From the sequence record OV876907: a stretch of DNA of 64,000 nt; one strand, 5' to 3'. Position numbers and translations under genes: made by a program. Source of the stretch: Escherichia phage UGJNEcP3. Of the stretch, positions 40,369 to 50,548 are shown piece after piece. Numbering within the stretch: the stretch's first letter is position 1; each line of letters begins with the position of its first letter. The notes beneath the pieces were generated by a model. It was not told the origin of the DNA and did no database searches. It saw only the letters and a list, made by a program, of their open reading frames with translations.

Positions 40369-43300
40369 ATGGCTACTTTAAAACAGATACAATTTAAAAG
40401 AAGTAAAGTAGCTGGTGTACGTCCTACGCCAGCGCAGTTGGCTGAAGGCGAGCTGGCTATTAACTTAAAAGACCGTTTGTTATTTACTAAAGATGATACC
40501 GGCGCCATCATCGACCTTGGCTTTGCTAAAGGCGGTAATATTGACGGTAACGTAGTTCATAAAGGAAATTATAATCAAACCGGTGATTATACCTTGAATG
40601 GTACTTTTACCCAAACAGGTGATTTTAATTTAACTGGTATTGCCAGAGTAACCCGTGACATAATTGCGGCAGGTCAAATTATGTCTGAAGGTGGCGAGCT
40701 TATTTCTAAGAGTTCTTCAACTTCTCATTTGAGATTCTTTGATGGTGCATCACGTGAACGTGGTATTATCTTTTCTCCTAATAATGCAGGTTTGACAACT
40801 CAGGTAGTTAATATCCGCGTTCAAGATTATGCTGCAGGAAGTGAAAGCACTTACGCGTTTTCAGGCAACGGCCTATTTACTTCACCTGAAGTATCAGCAT
40901 GGAAATCTATTTCGTCTCCACAAATTCTGACCGATAAAGTTATTACAAATGGTAAGAAAGAAGGTGATTATGATATCTATTCAATGGCCGATAATACTCC
41001 TTTGGCCGAAAGTGAAACAGCAATTAACCACCTACGTGTTATGCGAAATGCGGTAGGAGCTGGTGTATTCCATGAAGTAAAAGATAATGACGGTATCTCA
41101 TGGTATGCAGGCGATGGACTCGATGCATATCTTTGGTCGTTCACCTGGTCCGGTGGATTGAAAGCGGGTCATTCTATTGCTGTCGGTCTTCCGCACGGTT
41201 CTAAAAATTATTCAGAAATGGGGCCTGGCTCGATAGCTTTAGGTGATAACGACACCGGATTAAAATGGCACCAAGATGGTTATTTCCATACAGTAAACAA
41301 TGGGACAAGAACTTTCATCTACGGACCAGAAGAAACGCAAAGCCTTAGAAAAATGGTTATGGGTTATTCTCCGGATGGGATTAATATGACAGTCCCTCCA
41401 ACAGAAAACTATGCCCTGGCAACTGTAGTTACTTACCATGATAATAACGCCTTTGGTGATGGCCAAACTCTTTTAGGATATTATCAAGGTGGTAAGTACC
41501 ATCACTATTTCCGTGGTAAAGGCGCGACGAACATTAACACCGCTGGCGGTTTGTTAGTTACTCCAGGCAATATCGACGTGATTGGCGGTTTAATTAATAT
41601 CGACGGTCGCAGTAATGCTTCAACCTTACTGTTTAGTAGCTATACGTCTGGACAAAGCTCTGTCGATAATATGAATATACGCGTTTGGGGCGATACTTTT
41701 ACTACTGTAGGTGGTACTCGCAAAAACGTAATGGAAATATCTGATGCCACTAGCTGGATGCAATATATTCAACGAACAACTGCAGGTAAAGTCGAATCGG
41801 TTCTAAACGGCACCCAGATTGTTAATGAAAACTTGACCGTAGTAAAAAATGCTACATTTGATGGTACAATCAGCGCAGCAGGTGAAATCGCAACAAATGC
41901 AGTAAATGGCCTTCGTATTTGGAACGATGATTACGGTGCTATTTTCCGTCGTTCAGAAGGAAGTCTTCACATTATTCCTACTGCTTTTGGTGAAGGTAAA
42001 ACCGGAGATATTGGTCCACTTCGTCCATTTAGTATTGCTTTAGATACCGGTAAAGTTGTTATTCCTGACTTGGATTTATCCCATACCACTTTTGCAGAAA
42101 ACGGTTATATTAAATTTGGCGGACACGGCGCTGGTGCAGGCGGATATGATATTCAATACGTCCAAGCAGCTCCTATTTTCCAGGAAATCGATGATGATGC
42201 CGTAAGTAAATATTACCCAATTGTTAAGCAGAAATTCTTACAAGGAAAGGCTGTTTGGTCTTTAGGTACCGAAATTAATTCAGGGACATTTGTTATCCAT
42301 CATTTAAAAGAAGATGGGACCCAGGGCCATACCTCAAGATTTAATGCCGATGGTACAGTTAATTTCCCTGATAACGTGCAGGTTGGCGCTGGTGAAGCTA
42401 CTATTGCTCGTAATGGTAACATCTTCTCTGATATTTGGAAAGTATTTACCTCTGCCGGTGATATAACTAACATTCACGATGCTATTGCCTCTCGTGTTGC
42501 TAAAGAAGGCGACACGATGACTGGAAAATTGACTATTGCCGCTGCGGATGATGCTTTATTGATTAAAGCCCCAAATGCCAATAATAGTTCTCATATCCGT
42601 TCAGAAGTCGCTGGTGCTAATAGCTGGTTTGTTGGTAAAGGCGGTGAAAGTGATACGGTATCTTTTTATAACTACAAAACATCAACCGGTCTAGATTTGA
42701 GTGATAATGGAGTAATTTCATTTAATCCTAAATCATTTAATTTAGCTCAAATGAGTGAAAACCGTCTGTGGATTAATGGAACAAGATGGGTTGCTACAAA
42801 TCCAGGCGCTATTAGCGGACAATTCGCACTTGAGGCTCCTTTATTTGTAGAACACGGTGACCTGAATGGTAACGTTTATTATCCGATTGTTAAAGGCCGA
42901 AGTTCTTCTGCTGGGTTTGGGTACACGTCCTCCGTAGAGCTAGGTACTTTACGTTCAGGTACCGCAGCCTGGGCCACCGGTTGTATAATTGTTCGTTCAG
43001 CTGAAAATACACCAGAACAAGGACATCCTGCCGCGGTTTATCAATTTTTGTCCAACGGGCAGTTTAGTGCTCCCGGAAGAATTGTTTCTGGTTGGGCTGG
43101 TATTGGTGTTGGTGTTGAACCAGCTTGGACCACGCCATGTATTTCTATTGGTGACGCTGATACTGGTATCGTATGGGAATCCGATGGTATCTACAACCTT
43201 TATGCGAATGGACAAGGTGTATTCAGTATTCGTGCTGGACTTGCTCAAACATTCGGTAACGTAGCATTACACGTTAACGCAGGTATGTATGTTCGTGATA

Positions 43301-43647
43301 ACATTGATGTTAACGATGTTTATATCCGTTCTGATATTCGTTGTAAGTCAGAAATTAAGCTTATTAAGAACGCTCAAGAGAAATCTAAACTCTTAGGCGG
43401 CTATACTTATCTGCTTAAAAACTCTGTTACAGACGAAGTTAAACCATCTGCAGGTTTAATTGCTCAGGAAGTTCAAGAAGTATTACCTGAACTTGTTTCT
43501 GAAGATAAAGAGACCGGACTGCTTCGTTTGAACTATAACGGTATTATTGGTTTAAATACAGCTACTATCAACGAGCATACTGACGAAATCAAGGAATTGA
43601 AATCCGAAATTGCTGAGTTGAAAGCATTAATTAAATCATTATTATAA
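40369..43647 (+). CDS. 37: long tail fibre distal subunit gp37 with C-terminal intramolecular chaperone domain
   Basis: 1092 aa; N-terminus [36 protein letters not shown]...; C-terminus [10 protein letters not shown]...GGYTYLLK...[16 protein letters not shown] has the intramolecular chaperone (peptidase S74-like) signature. Confidence 0.85.
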   Translation: MATLKQIQFKRSKVAGVRPTPAQLAEGELAINLKDRLLFTKDDTGAIIDLGFAKGGNIDGNVVHKGNYNQTGDYTLNGTFTQTGDFNLTGIARVTRDIIAAGQIMSEGGELISKSSSTSHLRFFDGASRERGIIFSPNNAGLTTQVVNIRVQDYAAGSESTYAFSGNGLFTSPEVSAWKSISSPQILTDKVITNGKKEGDYDIYSMADNTPLAESETAINHLRVMRNAVGAGVFHEVKDNDGISWYAGDGLDAYLWSFTWSGGLKAGHSIAVGLPHGSKNYSEMGPGSIALGDNDTGLKWHQDGYFHTVNNGTRTFIYGPEETQSLRKMVMGYSPDGINMTVPPTENYALATVVTYHDNNAFGDGQTLLGYYQGGKYHHYFRGKGATNINTAGGLLVTPGNIDVIGGLINIDGRSNASTLLFSSYTSGQSSVDNMNIRVWGDTFTTVGGTRKNVMEISDATSWMQYIQRTTAGKVESVLNGTQIVNENLTVVKNATFDGTISAAGEIATNAVNGLRIWNDDYGAIFRRSEGSLHIIPTAFGEGKTGDIGPLRPFSIALDTGKVVIPDLDLSHTTFAENGYIKFGGHGAGAGGYDIQYVQAAPIFQEIDDDAVSKYYPIVKQKFLQGKAVWSLGTEINSGTFVIHHLKEDGTQGHTSRFNADGTVNFPDNVQVGAGEATIARNGNIFSDIWKVFTSAGDITNIHDAIASRVAKEGDTMTGKLTIAAADDALLIKAPNANNSSHIRSEVAGANSWFVGKGGESDTVSFYNYKTSTGLDLSDNGVISFNPKSFNLAQMSENRLWINGTRWVATNPGAISGQFALEAPLFVEHGDLNGNVYYPIVKGRSSSAGFGYTSSVELGTLRSGTAAWATGCIIVRSAENTPEQGHPAAVYQFLSNGQFSAPGRIVSGWAGIGVGVEPAWTTPCISIGDADTGIVWESDGIYNLYANGQGVFSIRAGLAQTFGNVALHVNAGMYVRDNIDVNDVYIRSDIRCKSEIKLIKNAQEKSKLLGGYTYLLKNSVTDEVKPSAGLIAQEVQEVLPELVSEDKETGLLRLNYNGIIGLNTATINEHTDEIKELKSEIAELKALIKSLL

Positions 43648-43651
43648 GAAA

Positions 43652-43665
43652 GGGCCTTCGGGCCC
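43652..43665 (+). promoter_or_regulatory. C(UUCG)G hairpin between genes 37 and 38, directly upstream of the gene 38 RBS
   Basis: GGGCC-UUCG-GGCCC followed by UGGAGGUUUUU and the gene 38 ATG. Confidence 0.45.
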
Positions 43666-43676
43666 TGGAGGTTTTT

Positions 43677-44456
43677 ATGGCAGTAGTAGGAATTCCTGGT
43701 TGGATTGGGACTTCGGCCGTCGCTGAAACCGGGCAAAGATGGATGTCGGCCGCTTCGAGGGAACTTCGTTTAGGAAACCCTTCATGGATGTCCCAATTCG
43801 CCGGCCGCTCAAGAGAAATTATTCACACACTTGGAGCAGACCATAACTTTAACGGTCAATGGTTTCGTGACCGTTGTTTTGAAGCCGGTGGTGCTCCTAT
43901 AGTGTTTAATATCACAGGCAACTTAGTATCATATACTAAAGATGTTCCGTTGTTCTTTATGTACGGTGATACCCCTAACGAATATGTTACTTTGAATATT
44001 CATGGTGGCGTTCATATGTGGGGCCGAGGTGGTAATGGTAGCGTAAATGGAAGCCCAGGCACTAATGGTGGCGACGTAATCCAAAATGATATTGGCGGAA
44101 GACTTCGCATTTGGAATTATGGTGTAATAGCCTCCGGTGGTGGTGGAGGTGGTGCAGTATCATTACAGAATAGTTGGCCTGCAAATTCTACCGCAGGTGG
44201 TGGAGGCGGTCGACCATTTGGTCTCGGCGGTGGTGGCGTTAATTGGCCTGGCGGCAATGCTAGTTATGACGGCCCAGGTGGTGGTGGTAATACAAGTCAA
44301 TTTGGCGGTGGTAATGGAGGTGATGCAGGTGGCGCTGGTGGCGACGGATGGGGCAATCACTTATCTAGATCTGGGGGTGGTGCTCCTGGTAGAGCAGTAT
44401 TCGGTTCCTCCCCATCATGGGGTTCTACAGGCACTATCTACGGCTCTTGGTTATAA
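43677..44456 (+). CDS. 38: T2-type tail fibre adhesin gp38 (glycine-rich motifs)
   Basis: 259 aa; N-terminus [24 protein letters not shown]...[26 protein letters not shown]; C-terminal half has multiple poly-Gly blocks separated by short variable segments. Confidence 0.8.
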   Translation: MAVVGIPGWIGTSAVAETGQRWMSAASRELRLGNPSWMSQFAGRSREIIHTLGADHNFNGQWFRDRCFEAGGAPIVFNITGNLVSYTKDVPLFFMYGDTPNEYVTLNIHGGVHMWGRGGNGSVNGSPGTNGGDVIQNDIGGRLRIWNYGVIASGGGGGGAVSLQNSWPANSTAGGGGGRPFGLGGGGVNWPGGNASYDGPGGGGNTSQFGGGNGGDAGGAGGDGWGNHLSRSGGGAPGRAVFGSSPSWGSTGTIYGSWL

Positions 44457-44472
44457 TACGAAAGTATTAAAT

Positions 44473-44480
44473 TATAAATA
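44473..44480 (+). promoter_or_regulatory. late promoter TATAAATA for holin gene t
   Basis: Exact TATAAATA about 19 nt upstream of the t ATG, with AGGAG RBS between. Confidence 0.6.
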
Positions 44481-44498
44481 TCTTTAAAGGAGAAAAGT

Positions 44499-45152
44499 AT
44501 GGAACCAAAAGTAGGATTTTCATTATCAGACCTACTTTTTGGACTTCTTGATAGAATTTTTAAAGATACTTCTTCCGGGAAAGTAGTTTTTTCCCGGGTC
44601 CTAGTCGTAATATTATTGTTCTTTATGGCATTAATTTGGTATAAAGGCGAGCATATTCTAAACTTTTACAAAGAGACAACTTATGCCTCTTATACTGAAA
44701 TGATTAGACAAGACCAGGACAATAGATTTAAAATTGCGGCTATCGAGCAGCTCCGAATAGTGCATTCTTCTTCAGGCGCAGACTTCACAGCAATATATTC
44801 TTTTAGACCAACCAACATGAATTATTTTGTGGACATGGTGGCTTATGAGGGTAAATTACCGGAAACGGTAGACGCAAAAAATACGGGAGGATTTCCGATT
44901 GACAAAACGTCAGTAGAGTATATGGCGGGAGTTAACGGGAACTATTTTGAATCAAGTACAGAAACTGTGTTCCTTCCTACAAAGAAGAAAACCCAATTCA
45001 CGTATATGTTCTCATGCCCGTTTTTTAATTTGGATAACATCTATGCCGGCTCGATATCATTATATTGGTATGATATCAAACCGGATTTAGGATTTCCTAG
45101 ACTTTCGTCTATGTGTGGTCAGGCCGGGAGGACATTAGGTCGAACTCGTTAA
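44499..45152 (+). CDS. t: holin T
   Basis: 217 aa; single N-terminal transmembrane segment and large periplasmic domain; blocks SDLLFGLLDRIFKD, VVILLFFMA, YEGKLPETV match recalled T4 T. Confidence 0.9.
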   Translation: MEPKVGFSLSDLLFGLLDRIFKDTSSGKVVFSRVLVVILLFFMALIWYKGEHILNFYKETTYASYTEMIRQDQDNRFKIAAIEQLRIVHSSSGADFTAIYSFRPTNMNYFVDMVAYEGKLPETVDAKNTGGFPIDKTSVEYMAGVNGNYFESSTETVFLPTKKKTQFTYMFSCPFFNLDNIYAGSISLYWYDIKPDLGFPRLSSMCGQAGRTLGRTR

Positions 45153-45424
45153 AAATTGGAGGTATACATCATTAGATAACGGTGTATATCTTCATACCCT
45201 TCATTAAATTGCTCAATAAGAGTATCACGTTCGTCTTCAGTTAAAGACTTAAAGAGTTTATTAAAAGATAAGCCGTTAAGTTCCTTTCCATGTTCATTAC
45301 GAATACCTAACTCATTCAAAAAGGCAATAAACTCATCACGACGTTGCATGATGTCTTCACAATCTGTTTTAATCAAAATAGAAACAATAGTAGCAATTTC
45401 GGAAACGATTTCAATTTTAGTCAT
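45149..45424 (-). CDS. asiA: anti-sigma70 factor AsiA
   Basis: 91 aa; ASILIK...FIAFLNE...LIEQFNEGYEDIHRYLMMYT matches recalled T4 AsiA. Confidence 0.9.
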   Translation of the reverse strand: MTKIEIVSEIATIVSILIKTDCEDIMQRRDEFIAFLNELGIRNEHGKELNGLSFNKLFKSLTEDERDTLIEQFNEGYEDIHRYLMMYTSNF

Positions 45425-45464
45425 AATATTCTCTTCAATTCAGTACGTCATTATCTGATAGGGC

Positions 45465-45494
45465 TATATTAACATATCCTTAGGGATTGTAAAC
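45465..45494 (-). promoter_or_regulatory. T4-type early promoter for asiA
   Basis: Minus strand GTTTAC, 18 nt, TAATAT, then leader with GAAGAGAATATT RBS. Confidence 0.5.
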
Positions 45495-45638
45495 ATGTTC
45501 TTCATTCATTTTAACATATTCCTGATACATTTCTTCGATAGGTTCCTGGAACTTAAAATCAGCTCCTAGGAATTCCTCAAAGCACTCCTGCTCACGTGTA
45601 CGCATACCTGTTACGGTGTTCTCTAAGTTATGACTCAT
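45480..45638 (-). CDS. small hypothetical protein, 52 aa (absent from ORF track)
   Basis: ATG at 45638 with AAGGGAAAAGG upstream; its stop overlaps the asiA promoter -35 region. Confidence 0.3.
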   Translation of the reverse strand: MSHNLENTVTGMRTREQECFEEFLGADFKFQEPIEEMYQEYVKMNEEHVYNP

Positions 45639-45727
45639 AGCCTTTTCCCTTATGTTTCTGCTTACGCTTGGACTCTTTAAAATTTTTCTTCTTGTCCTTA
45701 TGAACAGAAGCCTTATTGAAATCGTGC

Positions 45728-46009
45728 TTAGCTACCAGATTGTTCACGTAATTTCCTTAATTGATATTCAAGAGAGCTTATAATTTCTTTATTAGTCGCA
45801 ATATACATATCACGTAGGAATGGCTTCAACCCTTCCATATTTCCATGGATTGTCTTAGAACTAATATTCTTTATATATTCATGGTCTAATGCATCCCAAG
45901 CCGGCTGGTTGACATATGTTCCCCAGTTATCTTCTACCATAGCATTCAGACGTTTAATATGGTTGATATGGGCTTCGATTGCATCAATCTGGAGTTGTTT
46001 AAGATTCAT
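45728..46009 (-). CDS. hypothetical protein (Arn-like position and size, unconfirmed)
   Basis: 93 aa ORF between motA and asiA, where T4 carries arn. Confidence 0.35.
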   Translation of the reverse strand: MNLKQLQIDAIEAHINHIKRLNAMVEDNWGTYVNQPAWDALDHEYIKNISSKTIHGNMEGLKPFLRDMYIATNKEIISSLEYQLRKLREQSGS

Positions 46010-46506
46010 TAGTAAAGGTCCTCAGAGTAAAGTTCTTTTTCACTACCACCGCGTTCAATACGAACTTGATTAGCATACGTTGCAATAATCATTGCTTCTT
46101 CACGAGTCCAATAATTTGAATATTGGTCAATAAAACCTTGGTCGTCACCACAAACATGGTCGGACACAAGTTTATCACTTACTTGGTCAAGCACTTCTGC
46201 CATATCTTTGGAATAATGACGTGCACCCGGAATAATAAGTGTTCCACCGTCTTTTAACTTAAAGCGATTGGCTGCACATACAATTCGACGTTGGTATTTT
46301 TCATTGTTATTCCAATGTGCAATCTGCCAACAGATTTCAGGAACCTCTTCTAAAACATCCTCTTCCGAATATTCAGTGTAATCACCGTAGGCTCGTAATT
46401 TAGCTGCAAGACTTTCAGGTGTCTCACGAGAAAGGGCTTTATCCAACAAGGCCATACGGTCTTTAAAGGATAATTCTTTACCTTTTAATGGATTCATTTG
46501 AACCAT
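46009..46506 (-). CDS. hypothetical protein
   Basis: 165 aa ORF. Confidence 0.4.
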   Translation of the reverse strand: MVQMNPLKGKELSFKDRMALLDKALSRETPESLAAKLRAYGDYTEYSEEDVLEEVPEICWQIAHWNNNEKYQRRIVCAANRFKLKDGGTLIIPGARHYSKDMAEVLDQVSDKLVSDHVCGDDQGFIDQYSNYWTREEAMIIATYANQVRIERGGSEKELYSEDLY

Positions 46507-46823
46507 CCTTTAACACGTTGCCATAAAGTTTTCTGTTGGGCTTTGTTAACACCTATTGAACGAATAACTGGTTGTGATTCCTGGTATTCTTTGTAGTCTG
46601 CTTTATAGACTTCATAAGCGGCAGGAACAAAAGTGCTGATTGCGGCCATGAAATTCTTGCGAATTCCCATAGAAGCTTCAGAACCACCACGGATGATTAG
46701 GTATTTACCCGCTTTAATCTTAACAATAGTGCCGAGATAAGCGCCGTGGTACCAAATATCCCAACCTTCTTGAGTAGGTTCTACACAACGACGAAGTTCA
46801 TTAACAATATTCAGCTTGTTCAT
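46494..46823 (-). CDS. hypothetical protein
   Basis: 109 aa ORF directly downstream of motA. Confidence 0.4.
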   Translation of the reverse strand: MNKLNIVNELRRCVEPTQEGWDIWYHGAYLGTIVKIKAGKYLIIRGGSEASMGIRKNFMAAISTFVPAAYEVYKADYKEYQESQPVIRSIGVNKAQQKTLWQRVKGWFK

Positions 46824-46837
46824 AATAATTTCCTCAG

Positions 46838-47473
46838 TCAGATAATTGCGTTGGTTACGGTTTTGATAACTTCAGATGATACGTTTTGGAAGTCGATATA
46901 AGTATTCTTACCACCAGTCTTAATCTTAACATCAAGATTCAAGGAAGTAAACACTTGTTTTTCTTTATCAGTCATATTATAACCGAAAATACGCATCATT
47001 CCATCACGACGGACTTCGATTTGACGAATACCATTGGTACGTTTAGCGAATCGAACTTCAAGGTTGCTACGGTTTTCAGCAATTTCACGAATCTCGATAC
47101 GGTCTTCTAATAAAGCTTTAACTTCATCAGCCAGTGTTACCATTTCAGGAGTAACACCACGTGAACTGCGCGTTTTACGTTTTTCCAACATCTCTGGAGC
47201 ATTTTCAGAAGCGAACAGGTCTGCAGCTTTTTGAACGAGGTCCATTGCTTCACCTGTAGCCACTAAACCATCACCGGATTTTTCGATGAATCCTTTCTTA
47301 ATCAATACACCGATGTTAGAGTTAACTACCGCAGCACTAAATTGCTCATTCAGGGCTTCACGGACTTCGCCTGAAGTGATGAAGTTATGCTTGATGATAT
47401 GTACTAAGATTGAAGCAGTTTTTTCATTCAGGGCGTCTTCAGAAGCTTTGATGATATAAGTAATTTTAGACAT
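46838..47473 (-). CDS. motA: middle transcription activator MotA
   Basis: 211 aa; MSKITYIIKAS...NSNIGVLIKKGFIEKSGDGL...TNGIR...MRIFGY matches recalled T4 MotA. Confidence 0.85.
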   Translation of the reverse strand: MSKITYIIKASEDALNEKTASILVHIIKHNFITSGEVREALNEQFSAAVVNSNIGVLIKKGFIEKSGDGLVATGEAMDLVQKAADLFASENAPEMLEKRKTRSSRGVTPEMVTLADEVKALLEDRIEIREIAENRSNLEVRFAKRTNGIRQIEVRRDGMMRIFGYNMTDKEKQVFTSLNLDVKIKTGGKNTYIDFQNVSSEVIKTVTNAII

Positions 47474-47508
47474 TTTGTATCTCCGATAACCATTTATTTG
47501 ATAGGTCT

Positions 47509-47537
47509 ATAGTATCATGTTTAAAGCAGATGTAAAC
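47509..47537 (-). promoter_or_regulatory. T4-type early promoter for motA
   Basis: Minus strand GTTTAC, 17 nt, TACTAT, then AGACCTATCAAATAAATGG leader. Confidence 0.5.
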
Positions 47538-47560
47538 ACTTTTTCACTAAACCCAAAAAA

Positions 47561-47576
47561 GGAACCCGAAGGTTCC
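47561..47576 (-). terminator. C(UUCG)G hairpin terminator
   Basis: Minus strand GGAACC-UUCG-GGUUCC followed by UUUUUUGGGUUU. Confidence 0.6.
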
Positions 47577-47681
47577 TTACTTTTTAAAGTGAGCTGCTAT
47601 TAAACCTATAGCTAGGCCTGTGGCCAGGCCTAGGATAATAGCAAAGATACAGAGTAACAAGAACTCGACTCCAAGGCTCAT
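47577..47681 (-). CDS. small hydrophobic peptide, 34 aa (absent from ORF track)
   Basis: ATG overlaps the gene 52 stop (ATGA); sequence MSLGVEFLLLCIFAIILGLATGLAIGLIAAHFKK is a single predicted transmembrane helix. Confidence 0.4.
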   Translation of the reverse strand: MSLGVEFLLLCIFAIILGLATGLAIGLIAAHFKK

Positions 47682-49057
47682 AGAGACTCCAAATCTTTAA
47701 CATACTCAGTTACAACATCAGTGGTTTTCCAATATTGATGCTCTTCTTTCTTAGCCTTGGCTTCGAGGGCCAGTTTCTTGGCTTCGTCAGAAGTGATATG
47801 GAAAATGTTCATGGCCACTAGTTTATCGGCATATTCGCCATAGACTTTATTACCGGTCAATTCTTCGGTTAAAACCTTACGGGTCTTACCTTGGATAACC
47901 ACTACACCATCAATAACATCTTTGATAAATGTGGCTTTAGCCAATGCTAGTTTGAAAGCTTCTTCGGTTTCGATGATTTTACCATCAATACGTTTTTGTA
48001 CAAAGGTCTTACGGACCTCAACGAAATCACGAATCAGTTCAACTACATCTTCGTAAACCTTAAGTTTACCTTTTTCATTAATGACGGTCAGGTTTTGTGA
48101 ACGACGTTCGATTAACCCGAAGTCCTTCATGAGTTTTTCGTGTTTCTTATCTTCATCGGTAGGCAATTCATATTCTTTACGAATCTTAACCTTGAAGCCA
48201 AAACCGTTCTCGTCACAGTCATCATCATATGTGATGTACCCTTTGTCTTCCAGAGGGTCTAATACCTTAGCCACATATGTTTCACGGTCATATTTGTATG
48301 GGATTTCCGTGATATGCATTTGGGTTCGAGATGTGAACTTATACGTTCCACGAATCTCATAACTACCTGGTTCAATTTCAACAACTTCACCTCGGAATTC
48401 AGGATAAGCCACTTTAGGCTTGGTTACTCGTTTTTCCTGAAGAACTTGCAATACAGCTTTCTTAACAGAATCAAAACTATGAGGAAGAATATTAGTTGCA
48501 TAACCAGTTGCAATACCGGAAATACCATTAAGAAGAACAGTAGGAATAATAGGCAGATAAAAAGCCGGTGGCTTATGTTCGACATCCGCATGAACCGGAG
48601 CATATTCTGTGTCCTTATAAACTTTTGCAAAGTTACTTCCGATACGAGCAAAAATATAACGAGAGGCTGCAGCCTTTTGAACCAATCGAGAACCGAAGTT
48701 ACCTTGACCGTCTAACAATGGATAGTTGTTGTTCCATGTGTTAGCCATCAAAGCCCCTGCTTCCTGAGCAGAACCTTCACCATGGTGATATCCAAGGTCG
48801 GCTACGCCACCAGCAATAGAAGCTAGTTTGTGGAATTTTTCTTTATTACCACGAGCCATATCAAGACAACGAGCAACTACAAAACGTTGTACAGGTTTAA
48901 AGCCGTCAATCATATTTGGAATGGCTCGGTTTTCGACAGTATACATTGCATAAGCCAATGCTTCGTTGTCGATAATACTTTTTAAGTCACGACGAGTGAA
49001 AGAATCATCGTAAACATCTAAAGCCTGTTTAAAAAGGGTATCAATTACATCAGCCAT
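47678..49057 (-). CDS. 52: DNA topoisomerase II medium subunit gp52
   Basis: 459 aa; T4 position between ndd and motA; GyrA/ParC-like N-terminal region. Confidence 0.75.
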   Translation of the reverse strand: MADVIDTLFKQALDVYDDSFTRRDLKSIIDNEALAYAMYTVENRAIPNMIDGFKPVQRFVVARCLDMARGNKEKFHKLASIAGGVADLGYHHGEGSAQEAGALMANTWNNNYPLLDGQGNFGSRLVQKAAASRYIFARIGSNFAKVYKDTEYAPVHADVEHKPPAFYLPIIPTVLLNGISGIATGYATNILPHSFDSVKKAVLQVLQEKRVTKPKVAYPEFRGEVVEIEPGSYEIRGTYKFTSRTQMHITEIPYKYDRETYVAKVLDPLEDKGYITYDDDCDENGFGFKVKIRKEYELPTDEDKKHEKLMKDFGLIERRSQNLTVINEKGKLKVYEDVVELIRDFVEVRKTFVQKRIDGKIIETEEAFKLALAKATFIKDVIDGVVVIQGKTRKVLTEELTGNKVYGEYADKLVAMNIFHITSDEAKKLALEAKAKKEEHQYWKTTDVVTEYVKDLESL

Positions 49058-49061
49058 AATT

Positions 49062-49202
49062 TTACCATACTAGTGAATGAATAGCCATAATAACATCGGA
49101 AATAAAAAGCACAACTTGGATAAGTCCGAACATTACTCCATAATACAGTGCTACTAATAAAGCAGCAAGGGCTACTGAGTAGCCCAAGATTTTCTTAATC
49201 AT
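49062..49202 (-). CDS. small hydrophobic peptide, 46 aa (absent from ORF track)
   Basis: ATG overlaps the stop of the upstream 53 aa ORF; TAA lies 4 nt before the gene 52 ATG; predicted membrane helix. Confidence 0.4.
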   Translation of the reverse strand: MIKKILGYSVALAALLVALYYGVMFGLIQVVLFISDVIMAIHSLVW

Positions 49203-49356
49203 TTTTAATCATCTTAAGTAAACCGACAGAAGTAGAAAGAACCCAGCCAATAAACAGAAAACTTAAGAATACCGGACCAGGGGCCCACACACCTAAAAAG
49301 AAGCAAACTGAACAGACTATAGCCATAATAAGTTCAATAAAAACTAGGATAACCAT
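49195..49356 (-). CDS. small hydrophobic membrane protein, 53 aa (absent from ORF track; Ac-like size and position)
   Basis: GAGGAAAATATG start context; MVILVFIELIMAIVCSVCFFLGVWAPGPVFLSFLFIGWVL...; T4 has the 51 aa membrane protein Ac just upstream of 52. Confidence 0.4.
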   Translation of the reverse strand: MVILVFIELIMAIVCSVCFFLGVWAPGPVFLSFLFIGWVLSTSVGLLKMIKND

Positions 49357-49443
49357 ATTTTCCTCATTAGCGTCCGAAGACGCCTTTAGTTTTAAGATTG
49401 TTACGATAGAACTGCATCACATGCTCGTTATGGAAATTACTCA

Positions 49444-49893
49444 TTAGTATGCCTGCAGAATGAATTTAAAGTTATCAGCCAACATGCGGTTCATTTCTTC
49501 CAGTGTCTGGAGGTCGGAACTATGATTGCGGGTGAAAGCCATTGCAATTTGACCCTTACCAAAACCGGTGGTCAGAGGTTTCATCTTAGAAGCTGGTACA
49601 TAAAGAACTTCATACACAACACCGTTCACTGCCATGGTGCGAGCTGATTGAGAACGTTTCTTACGAATGTTAGCCACGATGCCATCAAGACCTTGGGCCG
49701 AACGTTGATTACCGACATAAAAACGAGCAGCTACGACACGAGAATCAGCTCCACCTTTAACAAAGAAGTAGAAGCCTGGCTGAGCAGAGATTTCTTTAGA
49801 AGGTTTACCATTTTGGTATTCACCGTTCTTAACATAAGCAACAGTAGTAGCACCAGCAGACAGAACGTTACGGCGAGTCATATAAGTATTCAT
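49444..49893 (-). CDS. ndd: nucleoid disruption protein Ndd
   Basis: 149 aa; [10 protein letters not shown]...[15 protein letters not shown]...AFTRNH...[20 protein letters not shown] is near-identical to recalled T4 Ndd. Confidence 0.9.
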
Positions 49894-49970
49894 ATCAATT
49901 TCCTCAGTAGATTAATGTTTTGTTATCCGGTCAACGAGAACCATTATAACATGATTCTCGAGGTTGTAAA

Positions 49971-50339
49971 CTATTTTTGTAGCTGTTCTAAAATAAATCC
50001 GCTCGTATAAAAAGAAGCATTATAAACCTTGTTCAGCGGGTTCAAAGCCTGTCCGTAAGTATCACGTAGTTCTTTGATAACATTTTCATAGCTTACATAA
50101 TAACCACTATGATAATACGGGTCCATACTCATACGAAATTTAATAAACCGATAAAATCCTGTTTCTGGGTCTTGAACGAAAACGAAATCGGCACCCATCA
50201 TAATTTTTGAATCTACGCCAGGAATCATACTTTGATTGAATGCCACCGATGCATCCTGAAGGCTGAGTTGTTTAAAGAACATTACCTTAGCATTACCAAA
50301 AAAGATTTTAGACATGATAATTTCCTTATTCAGCGTCAA
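49971..50339 (-). CDS. hypothetical protein
   Basis: 122 aa ORF upstream of ndd. Confidence 0.4.
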   Translation of the reverse strand: MTLNKEIIMSKIFFGNAKVMFFKQLSLQDASVAFNQSMIPGVDSKIMMGADFVFVQDPETGFYRFIKFRMSMDPYYHSGYYVSYENVIKELRDTYGQALNPLNKVYNASFYTSGFILEQLQK

Positions 50340-50538
50340 CAGAAATAGCCATCAGTTCATCAACAGTAAGACACTGTACACTAGGTCCTACACAAAAGCG
50401 CTTAGTTGAATCATAAAGGTCCGTGGCATTAACAGGTTGTAATTCGGTCCCAACTTGCAAAGGAGAAATGCGAATCAGTTGTTGACCGTTATGTAATACA
50501 AAGCTCTCGCCGACTACCACATCTTTAAAAAGTTTCAT
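50326..50538 (-). CDS. hypothetical protein (start re-set to the ATG with GAGGAAAATATT context)
   Basis: The track M1 at 50580 overlaps the upstream small ORF. Confidence 0.4.
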   Translation of the reverse strand: MKLFKDVVVGESFVLHNGQQLIRISPLQVGTELQPVNATDLYDSTKRFCVGPSVQCLTVDELMAISVDAE

Positions 50539-50548
50539 AATATTTTCC

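Noticed and set aside
43677-44456. Poly-glycine runs in gp38 considered as low-complexity artefact or frameshifted pseudogene
   Set aside because: The reading frame is continuous and the N-terminal domain is conserved; glycine-rich motifs are the expected architecture of T2-type adhesins.
45640-45727. Possible GTG-initiated lysine-rich 39 aa ORF on the minus strand between ORF 45728-46009 and the 52 aa ORF
   Set aside because: Non-ATG start, weak RBS, overlaps neighbours in another frame and has low-complexity composition; not enough support.
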